A stretch of 32,000 nt of DNA from Pyrolobus fumarii 1A (lineage in GTDB: Archaea; Thermoproteota; Thermoprotei_A; Sulfolobales; Pyrodictiaceae), in contig NC_015931.1 of NCBI RefSeq assembly GCF_000223395.1, forward strand, positions 1,350,001-1,382,000. The letters run 5' to 3'. The notes under the pieces were generated by a model. The model had not been told where the DNA came from. It saw nothing but the letters and a program-made list of their open reading frames with translations, and ran no database searches. The translations under genes and the position numbers were made by a program. Below, piece after piece: positions 1 through 8,862 of this stretch; position 1 is the stretch's first letter, and each line of letters starts with the position of its first letter.

Positions 1-150
1 AATGTGAATGCCCGTCTGCCCTTCTACACGACCAACATACAGCAACACTACACTAACGTCGTCGCCACAATTCCATAACTGAGCGGCAAGCGCATCGAGA
101 GACGCTAGAGTAGTGACAATGGCCGCGTTGATACAGGGAGTCAACCTCAC
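1..150 (-). CDS. possible 5' part of a CDS running off the left edge (unknown function)
   Basis: The minus-strand frame is open from the window edge up past position 150. Candidate starts are GTG (150) and TTG (144). The hand translation ...VRLTPCINAAIVTTLASLDALAAQLWNCGDDVSVVLLYVGRVEGQTGIHI looks protein-like. An AT-rich spacer at 190-270 separates it from sufC. No family recognised. Confidence 0.25.
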   Translation of the reverse strand, partial: MRLTPCINAAIVTTLASLDALAAQLWNCGDDVSVVLLYVGRVEGQTGIHI

Positions 151-275
151 CCACCACTGTTCCCCGTCGCAGGGTGTGCCGAGTTTAACGCCGTTGTTGG
201 AAACGTAGAAACTTGTTATTAGGAGTTTAGGTTGACCTAAAATTTCAGGCGAGGTAGTAGATTGGGTGAGAAGGT

Positions 276-1007
276 GTGACGTGGCTTCGCATAGAGGGTC
301 TAGAGGTTGAGGTTAACCAGCTTAAGATACTCCATGGAGTCACGCTTAGCATTGATGCTGGCAAAGTGGTGTACCTAATGGGGCCTAACGGGGCAGGCAA
401 GTCTACACTGATATACACGTCCATTGGATGGGAGGGTTACAAGGTTACACGCGGTAAGATCCTCCTGGACGACACTGATGTGACGAGCTGGCCTCCCGAG
501 AGAAGAGCGAAAGCAGGCCTAGCCGCCGCTCTACAGTCACCACCCCAACTTGAGGGTGTCCGCGTAGGCTTGCTGCTAACCAAGCTCGTTGAGAGATACT
601 GGCGCGTCTCGAGCATCGAAGCCATCAAGCTGATGAACAAGTTCCTCTCACTGGTAGGCTTGCCGGGTAGGGTACTGGAGAGGGAGTTTCACGTAGGGTT
701 CAGCGGCGGCGAGAGGAAGAAACTCGAGATGGTAAAGGTTCTCGCTATGAAACCGCGCGTAGCGCTGCTCGACGAGCCTGATAGCGGTGTGGATGTAGAC
801 TCGCTGAAAGGCATAGGCGAGGCGATCAAGATGATGCGCGATGAGCTGGGCACTGCCGTCCTCGTAGTGACTCACATGGCGAGGCTTAGCAAGATAGTAC
901 CGCCGGATCAGACGTACGTGATGCTAGGCGGTAGGATTGTTGCAAGTGGTGGCCCCGAGCTTGTCCGCGAGATAGAGGAGAAGGGATACTCTGCCTTCAA
1001 GAGGTGA
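276..1007 (+). CDS. sufC: Fe-S cluster assembly ABC ATPase SufC
   Basis: Walker A GPNGAGKST, ABC signature FSGGERKK, Walker B LALLDEPDSGVDVD and an H-loop THM. The ~243-aa size is typical of SufC, and a SufB/D gene follows with a 4-nt overlap. GTG start. Confidence 0.9.
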   Translation: MTWLRIEGLEVEVNQLKILHGVTLSIDAGKVVYLMGPNGAGKSTLIYTSIGWEGYKVTRGKILLDDTDVTSWPPERRAKAGLAAALQSPPQLEGVRVGLLLTKLVERYWRVSSIEAIKLMNKFLSLVGLPGRVLEREFHVGFSGGERKKLEMVKVLAMKPRVALLDEPDSGVDVDSLKGIGEAIKMMRDELGTAVLVVTHMARLSKIVPPDQTYVMLGGRIVASGGPELVREIEEKGYSAFKR

Positions 1008-2326
1008 TAGTCATGACCAGGCTATCTGAGATTCTCGGGTTCTCGAAGCGCGACCTAGAGGAGTATGCTAGGAGGCGCGGAGAACCTGAGTGGCTCGTAA
1101 GGAGGCGGCTTGAGGCGTACGACGCTCTGGAGAGGTTGCCGCCAGACCCGCTGATAGACGAGTATGTAAAGCAGCTCGACCTCGACGCTATCTTCGGATT
1201 CGGTGGTGGGCCGGATATCGAGGTGCCAAAGGAGTACTGGGACCTGGCTATTAAGAGGCTCGGCATTAAACCCGAGGAGCTTGAGGCTCTGACAGGCCTC
1301 GCTGTGACTATTGACAATCGTGTGGTTGAAGCACAGCTTCGCGCACTCCAGGAGAAGGGCGTTATACTAGAGCCGATGGACGAGGCTGTGAAGAAGTACG
1401 ACTGGCTGAAGGACTACATGCTCCGCATAATGCGCCCTGATAACAGGCACGCAGCATACCATATAATGCTGTGGGCGGGCGGCGTCTTCGTCTACGTACC
1501 GAAGGGTGTGAAGATAGAGTCTCCGCTCTACGGTGTCTTCCTGATAAGCGGCGAGGGCTTCAAGCAGACCGAGCATACGCTGATCATAGTCGAGGATGGT
1601 GCAAGTCTCACCTGGGTCGAGGGGTGCACGGCGCCCGTCCGTGCGAAGTTCAGCGTGCATCTAGGTGGCCTGGAGGCGCACGTAGGGCGCAATGCCAGGC
1701 TTAGCCTCTATAGCGTCCAGAACTGGGCAGGGCCGGTACACCACCGGCCCGTCAAGAGGCTCAGAGTGCTGGAGGGCGGAAAGCTAGAAGCCACGCCGAT
1801 ATCCTTTGGCGGCGCAAGCATAGTCGTTGACGAGACTGCGACCCTCCTTGGACGCGGAGCCTCCGCAAAGATACAGGGTGTTGGACTACTACGCGGCGAG
1901 ACCTGGGCCGAGACAAGACTCACTATTATCCACGATGCACCGGATACCCGGAGCGAGCTGCTATCCAGAGTTGTCGTGAAGGACCGAGCACGAGACCGGT
2001 TCATCGGGCGTTTGGTTGCGAAGAAAACCGCCAGAGGAGCAACCGGCCACATGGCATGCAATACCCTGCTGCTCAGCAGTGAGGCAAAGAGCGAGACACT
2101 ACCAGCCCTCCACTCCGAAATCGATGACGTGAGCTTCGGCCACGAGGCGAGCGTCGGTAGATTGTCAGCCGAGAAGCTCTACTATCTGCGAGCCATGGGC
2201 TTCGAGGAAGACGAGGCAACGTCGCTGCTAATCCAGGGCTTCTTCGAGCCAGTCTTCGCCGGCCTACCGTTCGATCTTGCCGTTGAAGTTAGGAAGATCG
2301 TCGAGCTTGCCCTACGCGGACACTAA
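1004..2326 (+). CDS. Fe-S cluster assembly scaffold protein, SufB/SufD family
   Basis: The C-terminal segment GHEASVGRLSAEKLYYLRAMGFEEDEATSLLIQGFFEPV matches the conserved SufB/SufD C-terminus. The GTG at 1004 overlaps the sufC stop (GTGA). An alternative ATG lies at 1013. Confidence 0.85.
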   Translation: MIVMTRLSEILGFSKRDLEEYARRRGEPEWLVRRRLEAYDALERLPPDPLIDEYVKQLDLDAIFGFGGGPDIEVPKEYWDLAIKRLGIKPEELEALTGLAVTIDNRVVEAQLRALQEKGVILEPMDEAVKKYDWLKDYMLRIMRPDNRHAAYHIMLWAGGVFVYVPKGVKIESPLYGVFLISGEGFKQTEHTLIIVEDGASLTWVEGCTAPVRAKFSVHLGGLEAHVGRNARLSLYSVQNWAGPVHHRPVKRLRVLEGGKLEATPISFGGASIVVDETATLLGRGASAKIQGVGLLRGETWAETRLTIIHDAPDTRSELLSRVVVKDRARDRFIGRLVAKKTARGATGHMACNTLLLSSEAKSETLPALHSEIDDVSFGHEASVGRLSAEKLYYLRAMGFEEDEATSLLIQGFFEPVFAGLPFDLAVEVRKIVELALRGH

Positions 2327-2346
2327 CGTACAGCCCCGAGACCCCC

Positions 2347-2354
2347 ATTTAAAC
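2347..2354 (+). promoter_or_regulatory. TATA-box-like element upstream of the amidotransferase gene
   Basis: ATTTAAAC lies about 40 nt upstream of the ATG at 2392. This fits the archaeal TATA position of about -26 from the TSS with a short leader. Confidence 0.4.
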
Positions 2355-2391
2355 GTGGGATGAGCGTGGGGTTGCGCTGGGGCCCACACCG

Positions 2392-3327
2392 ATGTGTGGC
2401 ATTGCCGGCGTTATTTTCAGGGAAGGGTACGGACCGGTAGGCAAAGTGCTTGTCGCGATGCTATCGGCGTTACAACACCGTGGTTTTGACAGCGCCGGCG
2501 TCGCGGTCTACAACTGCCTGGGTTTTGGGGACGGAGACACGTACATCGTTAGGACTCTGACCGCTGATGTGCTAGGCGCGCTCGGCAAGGTGGCATCCGC
2601 GCTCGGAGAGATAGGAGCGAACATAAGAAGTGTTGAGATGAAACCGCTGCACGGTGTCAGCTTTGACCGCTTTGTTGTAAAGTATCGCGGCGATCTACGC
2701 GACCTTATAGACGTGATAAACAAGACCGGCGTTGCCCGCGTCATTAGCATAGGCAGATGCGTAGAGATTTTCAAGATGACTGGCAAGGTTGGCGATCTCG
2801 AGGAGTCTTTCAACGTATCCAGGCTGGAGGGTAGCCACGGCATCGGCCATGTACGCTTTTCCACAGAGTCGGGAGTAGACTTGTTCCGCGCCCACCCCTT
2901 CCAGTCCACCATAAACCCGGATGTCACTGTGGTACACAATGGCCAAATAACCAACTATTGGAAGATGAGAGCGTTCCTAGAGAGGCAGGGTGTCAACTTC
3001 ATAACTGACAACGACTCCGAGCTAATAGTCCATTACATTGCGTGGCTCTTGGAGCAGGGGTTTAGCCTAGAAGAGGCGCTCAAGAGGAGTGTACGCGATC
3101 TTGACGGCCCCTTCGCATATATTGTGGCAACGCCCGATGCTATTGGCATCGCACGTGATCGTCTGGGCCTCCGCCCATTGATAGCCGCGGAGTCTGTCGA
3201 CGGCGAGGTTATAATCGCGGCCTCGGAGGAGGCGGCCTTGCACGCCGCCTCTAAGCTCCTGGGCGTCAGGTTCAACACAAGGTATCTGAGGCCGGGGCAG
3301 GTGATGGTATGGCGGGTAAGACGGTAA
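2392..3327 (+). CDS. class-II (Ntn) glutamine amidotransferase, glutamate synthase amidotransferase subunit, with an ACT-like insertion
   Basis: N-terminal MCGIAG provides the Cys nucleophile after Met. Other class-II motifs present are LQHRGFDSAG, GIGHVRFST and VVHNGQITN. The gene sits directly upstream of, and overlaps, the GltS FMN/GXGXG gene. Confidence 0.85.
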   Translation: MCGIAGVIFREGYGPVGKVLVAMLSALQHRGFDSAGVAVYNCLGFGDGDTYIVRTLTADVLGALGKVASALGEIGANIRSVEMKPLHGVSFDRFVVKYRGDLRDLIDVINKTGVARVISIGRCVEIFKMTGKVGDLEESFNVSRLEGSHGIGHVRFSTESGVDLFRAHPFQSTINPDVTVVHNGQITNYWKMRAFLERQGVNFITDNDSELIVHYIAWLLEQGFSLEEALKRSVRDLDGPFAYIVATPDAIGIARDRLGLRPLIAAESVDGEVIIAASEEAALHAASKLLGVRFNTRYLRPGQVMVWRVRR

Positions 3328-5474
3328 GGATACACGCGGGGGGTAAAGCTCCCCGCGAGGTCAACAGAGAGGTAAAGCGGGCTGTCGAGAGCGGCGCCTC
3401 CAGGATAATTGTAGAGGATCCTGGAGGCATCCATTATCTCGCCGTCGGGCTAGAGGCGTCCGTCGAGATAGTCGTGAGAGGCTCCGTGGGATACTTCGTT
3501 GGCGGTCTGGCACATGGACCTAGGATAGTCGTCGAGGGCAATGCGGGTTGGTTCCCTGGCGACAACATGACATCTGGAGAAGTGATAGTCGAGGGCGATA
3601 CTGGCAATGGTGCTGGCCAGTACCTGTTCGGCGGGACTGTCGTCATTAAAGGCGATGCTGGCGACCGTGTTGCCGCGCTCGCCAAGAGAGGTTTCGTGAT
3701 AATCGGCGGGGACGTGGGCCTCGCCGCAGGCCTCTACATGATGGGCGGCACGCTAGTCATACTCGGCAACGCTGGACCTGCCACCGGAGAGATGATCATA
3801 GGCGGCACGATATACGTAGGTGGTGACGTCGAGAGCCTCGGAAAGAATGCAAAGCTCGCCGAGGCTAGTGCCGAGGAGGTAGAGCAGATCAACCAGATAC
3901 TCGCAAGGTATGGACTCAGAGGTAAGAGTAGCTATTACAAAGTGACTCCAATATCCAGGAGGCCCGCCTATCAGCCGCCAAAGCGCCTACCAACCAAACC
4001 CCTTGTGCCAAAGTTCCGGGTTGAAGTCGAACCCTTGGCATGCATAGGGTGTGGAGCATGCGTCCAATGGTGCCCCAAGAAGGTTCTAGAGCTACGCGAG
4101 GTTAATGGTCGTAAGGTGGCGGTACCCGTCCGCGTGGTAGAGTGTGTTGGTTGCTTCTCATGTGTCAAAGTGTGTCCAACTGGTGCTGTCCGGGTATACC
4201 CGCTACCGGAGCTCAAGCGCGGCGTTTGGACAAGTTCGATACTAAACTACCACCAGGAGGCAATGTCCACTGGCATACCGCCTGTTCGCGGCACCGGCGC
4301 ACGAGAGATTAGGCTACCGAGTCTTGACGACCTGGTTATACTGCCAGGTCAGTTATCTAGACCGCCGATAGACCCATACAGAGAGCCTTGTGACACCGAA
4401 GTTGTACTTGGTGCTAGGTTCGCGGAGAGACCGCTGAGGCTCAAAGCACCAATAATCATCGGTGCCATGAGCTTCGGTAGTATAAGCAAAGAGGCAAAGA
4501 TAGCGATCGCAAAGGCGGCTGCAAAGCTAGGCATAGCCGTAAACACCGGCGAGGGTGGCATGCTACCAGAAGAGAGGCAAATCGCACCCATACTGATCGC
4601 GCAGTACGCTAGTGGAAGGTTCGGAGTCTCAGCAAGGTACCTCAAATCAGCCGATGCTATCGAGATCAAGATTGGACAAGGAGCCAAGCCTGGACAAGGC
4701 GGTCTTCTGCTTGGCGAGAAGGTGACCGAGGAGATAGCCCGGATCCGCGGCATACCTGTAGGCGCCGACGCAGTTAGCCCTGCCCGTCACCTCGACATCG
4801 TCGGCCCCGAGGACCTGAAGATGAAGATAGAGGAGCTGAGAGAGGCTACAGATTGGAAAATACCGATAGCTGTCAAGATAGCTGCGGGCAGGGTCGAGGA
4901 TGACGTGAAGATAGTTGCAAAAGCTGGCGCAGACATAGTCGTTATTGACGCTAAGCCCGCTGGTACCGGCGCCTCACCCCACATAGTCACCGAGCACGCC
5001 GGCTACCCCCTGATGGCTGCCGTGGTTGCCGCGGATAGGGCACTCAGAGAGATAGGCCTACGCGACGAGGTGAACATTGTCGTCTCCGGCGGTGTCAGGC
5101 ATGGAGCAGATATCGCAAAGCTACTAGCACTTGGAGCCGACGCCGTCGCTATAGGAACAGCCGCGCTCATAGGCATCGGTTGCACGCTCTGTGGACTATG
5201 CCACACCGGCAGATGCCCAGCTGGCATAGCGACGCAAGACCCGAAGCTCAGGAAGCGTCTGAACGTCGAAATGGCAGCTAAGAAGCTCGAGAACCTTCTA
5301 AAGTCCATGATAAAGGAGATGTGTATGCTAGCACAGCTGGCTGGCAAAACAAGCCCGCTAAACCTCGAGAAGGAGGATTTGCGTGCATTGAGCGTAGAGG
5401 CTTCAATGATAACAGGCGTCAAGCTGGTAGGGCTTGAGAGGCCCGTTACTCCACGCGACCTTGACGGACTGTAA
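3309..5474 (+). CDS. gltB: archaeal-type glutamate synthase large-subunit protein: GXGXG domain + 2x[4Fe-4S] ferredoxin + FMN-binding GltS domain
   Basis: The N-terminus carries repeated G-x-G-x-G beta-helix repeats (VVEGNAGWFPG, VIVEGDTGNGAG, VVIKGDAGDRV, VILGNAGPATG). Two CxxCxxCxxxCP motifs follow (CIGCGACVQWCP, CVGCFSCVKVCP). The C-terminal half has the GltS FMN-domain motifs GEGG and IKIGQGAKPGQGG. The start overlaps the upstream stop by 19 nt. Confidence 0.9.
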   Translation: MAGKTVRIHAGGKAPREVNREVKRAVESGASRIIVEDPGGIHYLAVGLEASVEIVVRGSVGYFVGGLAHGPRIVVEGNAGWFPGDNMTSGEVIVEGDTGNGAGQYLFGGTVVIKGDAGDRVAALAKRGFVIIGGDVGLAAGLYMMGGTLVILGNAGPATGEMIIGGTIYVGGDVESLGKNAKLAEASAEEVEQINQILARYGLRGKSSYYKVTPISRRPAYQPPKRLPTKPLVPKFRVEVEPLACIGCGACVQWCPKKVLELREVNGRKVAVPVRVVECVGCFSCVKVCPTGAVRVYPLPELKRGVWTSSILNYHQEAMSTGIPPVRGTGAREIRLPSLDDLVILPGQLSRPPIDPYREPCDTEVVLGARFAERPLRLKAPIIIGAMSFGSISKEAKIAIAKAAAKLGIAVNTGEGGMLPEERQIAPILIAQYASGRFGVSARYLKSADAIEIKIGQGAKPGQGGLLLGEKVTEEIARIRGIPVGADAVSPARHLDIVGPEDLKMKIEELREATDWKIPIAVKIAAGRVEDDVKIVAKAGADIVVIDAKPAGTGASPHIVTEHAGYPLMAAVVAADRALREIGLRDEVNIVVSGGVRHGADIAKLLALGADAVAIGTAALIGIGCTLCGLCHTGRCPAGIATQDPKLRKRLNVEMAAKKLENLLKSMIKEMCMLAQLAGKTSPLNLEKEDLRALSVEASMITGVKLVGLERPVTPRDLDGL

Positions 5475-5514
5475 TTGCCCCGGCTTTTGTATACCTCCAC
5501 AATTGTCTCTTAGA

Positions 5515-6594
5515 GTGGGTGTCGTGTTGTCGGTAAGGGAGTTTGCTAAAGACGGTTTTCTAGATGCAACGCCATACCCGCTACCAAAGAGGCATCCTGG
5601 AATAACCTACCTTGATCTTAACGAGTGCCCATTTGAGCCGCCAGCGTTTGTCCAGGAGGCGGTTTGTAAAGCAGCACGCCGGGGCAACCGGTATCCCACG
5701 CTAGATGATTATTACACGGTAGAGAGGCTGATTGCCGACTACGCTGGTCTAGAGCCAGACTATGTAGTGCTGACCGCGGGTGGCGACGAAGCCCTCAGAG
5801 CCATATTTGATGTGTTCGTCGGCCCCGGTGACAGAGTGGTACTTCTTGAGCCCGGCTTTGCAATGACGAGATTCTATACGATCGTGAGGGGTGGCGTGTA
5901 CCAAGCGGTGAAGCTTAGGGAGGAGGGACGACGATTCCTGCTCGACGAGAATGAACTACTCGAGGTGGCAAGCGGCGCACGCATGATCGTGATCGAGAAT
6001 CCCCATAATCCAACGGGTAGCCTACTAGCTAACGAGGAACTAGCTATTCGTCTCTTAGACGAGACTGATGCGATAGTAGTATTTGACGAGGCTTATTACG
6101 AGTTCGCTGGACTAAGCATAGCCAGGTTGACACAGCGCTACGACAGGCTGATAGTAGTACGCACCCTGAGCAAAGCCTTCTGTCTTGCTGGCTATCGCGT
6201 AGGATATATCCTCGCTCATCCAACGGCTTCGGAGCTTCTCCGCAAAGCATTAACACCATTCAACCTTAGCGTGGTTCAGCTTGCAGCTGCTCAAGCTGCC
6301 CTAGAGAATAGGGACTACGTTGAGAAGGTCATAGCTCACGTTAATAGCGAGAAGGATAGGATGACCAAGAGGCTTGAGGAGCTGGGCCTACGCGTGTATG
6401 AAAGCTACACGAACTTCCTCCTAGTGAAGACGGGCGTACCTGACATTCACGAACTTCTAGCCAAGCATGGCGTGGTTGTAAAGCAGATTAAGAGTCTAGG
6501 TAGCGACTACATTCGCGTAACAATAGGCACACGCGAGGAGAACGACAAGTTCATACACGCAATTGAGCAAGCAGTTGCCTCTGTTACACGCTAA
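5515..6594 (+). CDS. hisC: histidinol-phosphate aminotransferase
   Basis: Class-II aminotransferase motifs ENPHNPTG, FDEAYYEF and RTLSKAFCLAGYRVGY (PLP lysine). The tracked ORF starts at 5434 inside gltB, so I prefer the GTG at 5515 (or 5524), downstream of the gltB stop. Confidence 0.85.
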   Translation: MGVVLSVREFAKDGFLDATPYPLPKRHPGITYLDLNECPFEPPAFVQEAVCKAARRGNRYPTLDDYYTVERLIADYAGLEPDYVVLTAGGDEALRAIFDVFVGPGDRVVLLEPGFAMTRFYTIVRGGVYQAVKLREEGRRFLLDENELLEVASGARMIVIENPHNPTGSLLANEELAIRLLDETDAIVVFDEAYYEFAGLSIARLTQRYDRLIVVRTLSKAFCLAGYRVGYILAHPTASELLRKALTPFNLSVVQLAAAQAALENRDYVEKVIAHVNSEKDRMTKRLEELGLRVYESYTNFLLVKTGVPDIHELLAKHGVVVKQIKSLGSDYIRVTIGTREENDKFIHAIEQAVASVTR

Positions 6595-6686
6595 CACGTT
6601 TTCCAACCGAACATATGTTCGGCTAAAACGACACAAGCACTAAGAGTAGTCGACACACCCTTTACACTCTCCAAAGGGTTTATGCC

Positions 6687-7538
6687 ATGCCGCGTGTAAG
6701 CATAGAGCACGTAATTGATATGGACTACGAGGGCGTAACGAAGGTGCTAACAAGTTTCGTACGCGGCATTGTATCTAAGAGTGGACTGAGAGGCGCGGTT
6801 GTCGGCGTTAGCGGAGGCGTTGACTCGGCAACGACACTGGCTCTTCTAGTTAACGCGCTTGGCTCAAACCGAGTTATTGCGCTAATCATGCCCGATTCAC
6901 GCGTAACTCCCGACGATGATGTCAATGATGCTATAGGCCTCGTAAAGTCGTTTGGGGTAGACTATCGAGTGTACAGGATAGACTCTATAGTGGATAGTTA
7001 TACGGCAGTGACCGGTGGAGGCAGCAAGAAGAGCATTGGCAACTTGCGCGCTCGTATTCGTATGACTCTACTCTACTTTACCGCCAACGAGGAAAACATG
7101 CTAGTAGCCGGTACCGGCGACCGTAGCGAGATACTCATAGGCTACTTCACGAAGTATGGTGATGGAGCCGCAGACTTCATGCCCATAGCGACACTATACA
7201 AGACGCAGGTTAGGAGGCTAGCTGTCCATCTAGGTGTTCCGAGGAAGATTGCTGAGAAGCCTAGCGCGCCTAGACTGTGGGAGGGTCACGTGGCTGAAGA
7301 GGAGCTTGGCGTCAAGTACGAGGATATTGACGTGACACTCTTCTCACTTGTTGATCTAGGCTTGACGCCGAAGAAGGTCGTAGACGTGACCGGGCTTAGT
7401 GATGGTGTGGTCGAGCGTGTAGTCGAGCTTATGAACGCGGCGCGCCACAAACAGCTGGAGCTTCCAAGCCCAAGTCTCGAGAGCATCTATGCATACTGGC
7501 CCGGCTTCGAGAATGCACGTAAAACTCTAGGTGGTTAA
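6687..7538 (+). CDS. nadE: NH3-dependent NAD+ synthetase
   Basis: PP-loop motif GVSGGVDSA plus GTGDRSE and YFTKYGDG. About 283 aa. Confidence 0.9.
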   Translation: MPRVSIEHVIDMDYEGVTKVLTSFVRGIVSKSGLRGAVVGVSGGVDSATTLALLVNALGSNRVIALIMPDSRVTPDDDVNDAIGLVKSFGVDYRVYRIDSIVDSYTAVTGGGSKKSIGNLRARIRMTLLYFTANEENMLVAGTGDRSEILIGYFTKYGDGAADFMPIATLYKTQVRRLAVHLGVPRKIAEKPSAPRLWEGHVAEEELGVKYEDIDVTLFSLVDLGLTPKKVVDVTGLSDGVVERVVELMNAARHKQLELPSPSLESIYAYWPGFENARKTLGG

Positions 7539-8816
7539 CCCCCTTCTGCTCTTTTCTAACCAGTAGCGTAGAGACTCTGCGTGCCACTTGAAGCCCTCTG
7601 CTTCTGCAAGCGCTATTGCTGCTTCTACTAGCTGGGGGTGCACTAGGCGGCCCGACACCACTACACTAACTTTGACGAAGTCGAGTGGTGTTAACCCTCC
7701 ACGTACTCTCGCGTAGCCGCCAGTGGGTAGCACGTGGCTTGGTCCCGCCGAGTAGTCGGTTAACGCGGTAGGGATACCAATGCTAACGATGCCAGCGTTT
7801 CTTATCCTTGCTGCGAGTTTCTCGGCACCATCGGCCTCGATGTAGAGGTGTTCTGGTGCAAACTTTTCGACTATCTTAACTCCTTTCTCCAACGTGTCAA
7901 CTTTTACTATGATTGCGCGGCCCATGTTCTCGCTCTTCACGTGCTTCTCTAGCAGGAGCTGGACAGCTTCAACAAGCCACGGGGAGTTGGTGACTAGCAA
8001 TGCTGTCGAGAAGGGACCATGCTCCAGCTGCGACAACATCTCTAGTGCGATGCTCCTCGCGTCAGCCTTTCCATCAGCTATCACCGCTACCTCGCTAGGC
8101 CCTGCTACCATGTCTATACCTACACGGTGAGACACAAGTAGCTTAGCAGCCTCAACATATGGGCTGCCCGGCCCGACTATCTTGTCCACAGGTTCTAGCA
8201 CACCTTTCAAACCGTAGGCTAGCGCTGCAATCGCCTGTGCCCCGCCTGCAACAAGGATCTCAGTAGCGCCTGCCAGCACTGCTGCAGCCACAGCGAGGGG
8301 GTTCGGCAGTCCGGCGTTGTCCCCCTCCCTCATAGGCGGCGTGGCGACCACTATACGCTCGACGCCTGCCACCCTCGCCGGCACGACTGTCATTACAGCC
8401 GAGGATGGGTATGGATGCTCGCCTCCAGGCACATAAGCGCCTACACTCTGAAGCGGGCGTATCAGAGGCTTGAACGTTATGCCCATTCGGGCAAAGCTTC
8501 TAGGCGTGCTTAGCAACTCCTCATACAGCCGCATGTGGAACGCATAGACAGCGTCAATGGCCCTCTTGAGCGCATCTAGAATCCTAGCTTCGACCTTCTT
8601 GACTATCTCCCATGCCTCCAGCGCATCTATGACTACGAACTTGGGTTCAACCTTGTCAAACTTCCTGCTATACTCGCGTAGGGCTTCTAGACCCTTCTCC
8701 GCCACGTCACGCACAATCGGGCGAACCTTCTCAACATACTCTTCAATGTTGTACGGTCGGCGCAGTAACTCTGGCAGACGCGGATCGTCAAAACTCGTGA
8801 CTACGAGTTCTCCCAT
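7527..8816 (-). CDS. hisD: histidinol dehydrogenase
   Basis: 429 aa with GPGSPYVEAAK, AGPSEVAVIAD and the C-terminal HAESLRYW-type region typical of HisD. Its 3' end overlaps nadE convergently by 12 nt. Confidence 0.9.
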   Translation of the reverse strand: MGELVVTSFDDPRLPELLRRPYNIEEYVEKVRPIVRDVAEKGLEALREYSRKFDKVEPKFVVIDALEAWEIVKKVEARILDALKRAIDAVYAFHMRLYEELLSTPRSFARMGITFKPLIRPLQSVGAYVPGGEHPYPSSAVMTVVPARVAGVERIVVATPPMREGDNAGLPNPLAVAAAVLAGATEILVAGGAQAIAALAYGLKGVLEPVDKIVGPGSPYVEAAKLLVSHRVGIDMVAGPSEVAVIADGKADARSIALEMLSQLEHGPFSTALLVTNSPWLVEAVQLLLEKHVKSENMGRAIIVKVDTLEKGVKIVEKFAPEHLYIEADGAEKLAARIRNAGIVSIGIPTALTDYSAGPSHVLPTGGYARVRGGLTPLDFVKVSVVVSGRLVHPQLVEAAIALAEAEGFKWHAESLRYWLEKSRRGLTT

Positions 8817-8862
8817 AGCCGGTGCCCGTGAACGCCACTAAAGGCTAGGCGTTAAAACAACG

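Noticed and set aside
437-5500. Multiple 60-165-aa antisense or alternate-frame ORFs within sufC, sufB/D and the glutamate synthase genes (for example 997-1317, 1708-2061, 2508-2954, 3033-3434, 4349-4753, 5003-5500)
   Set aside because: All are nested in or opposite strongly supported genes, and all have Ser/Arg/Pro-rich shadow compositions.
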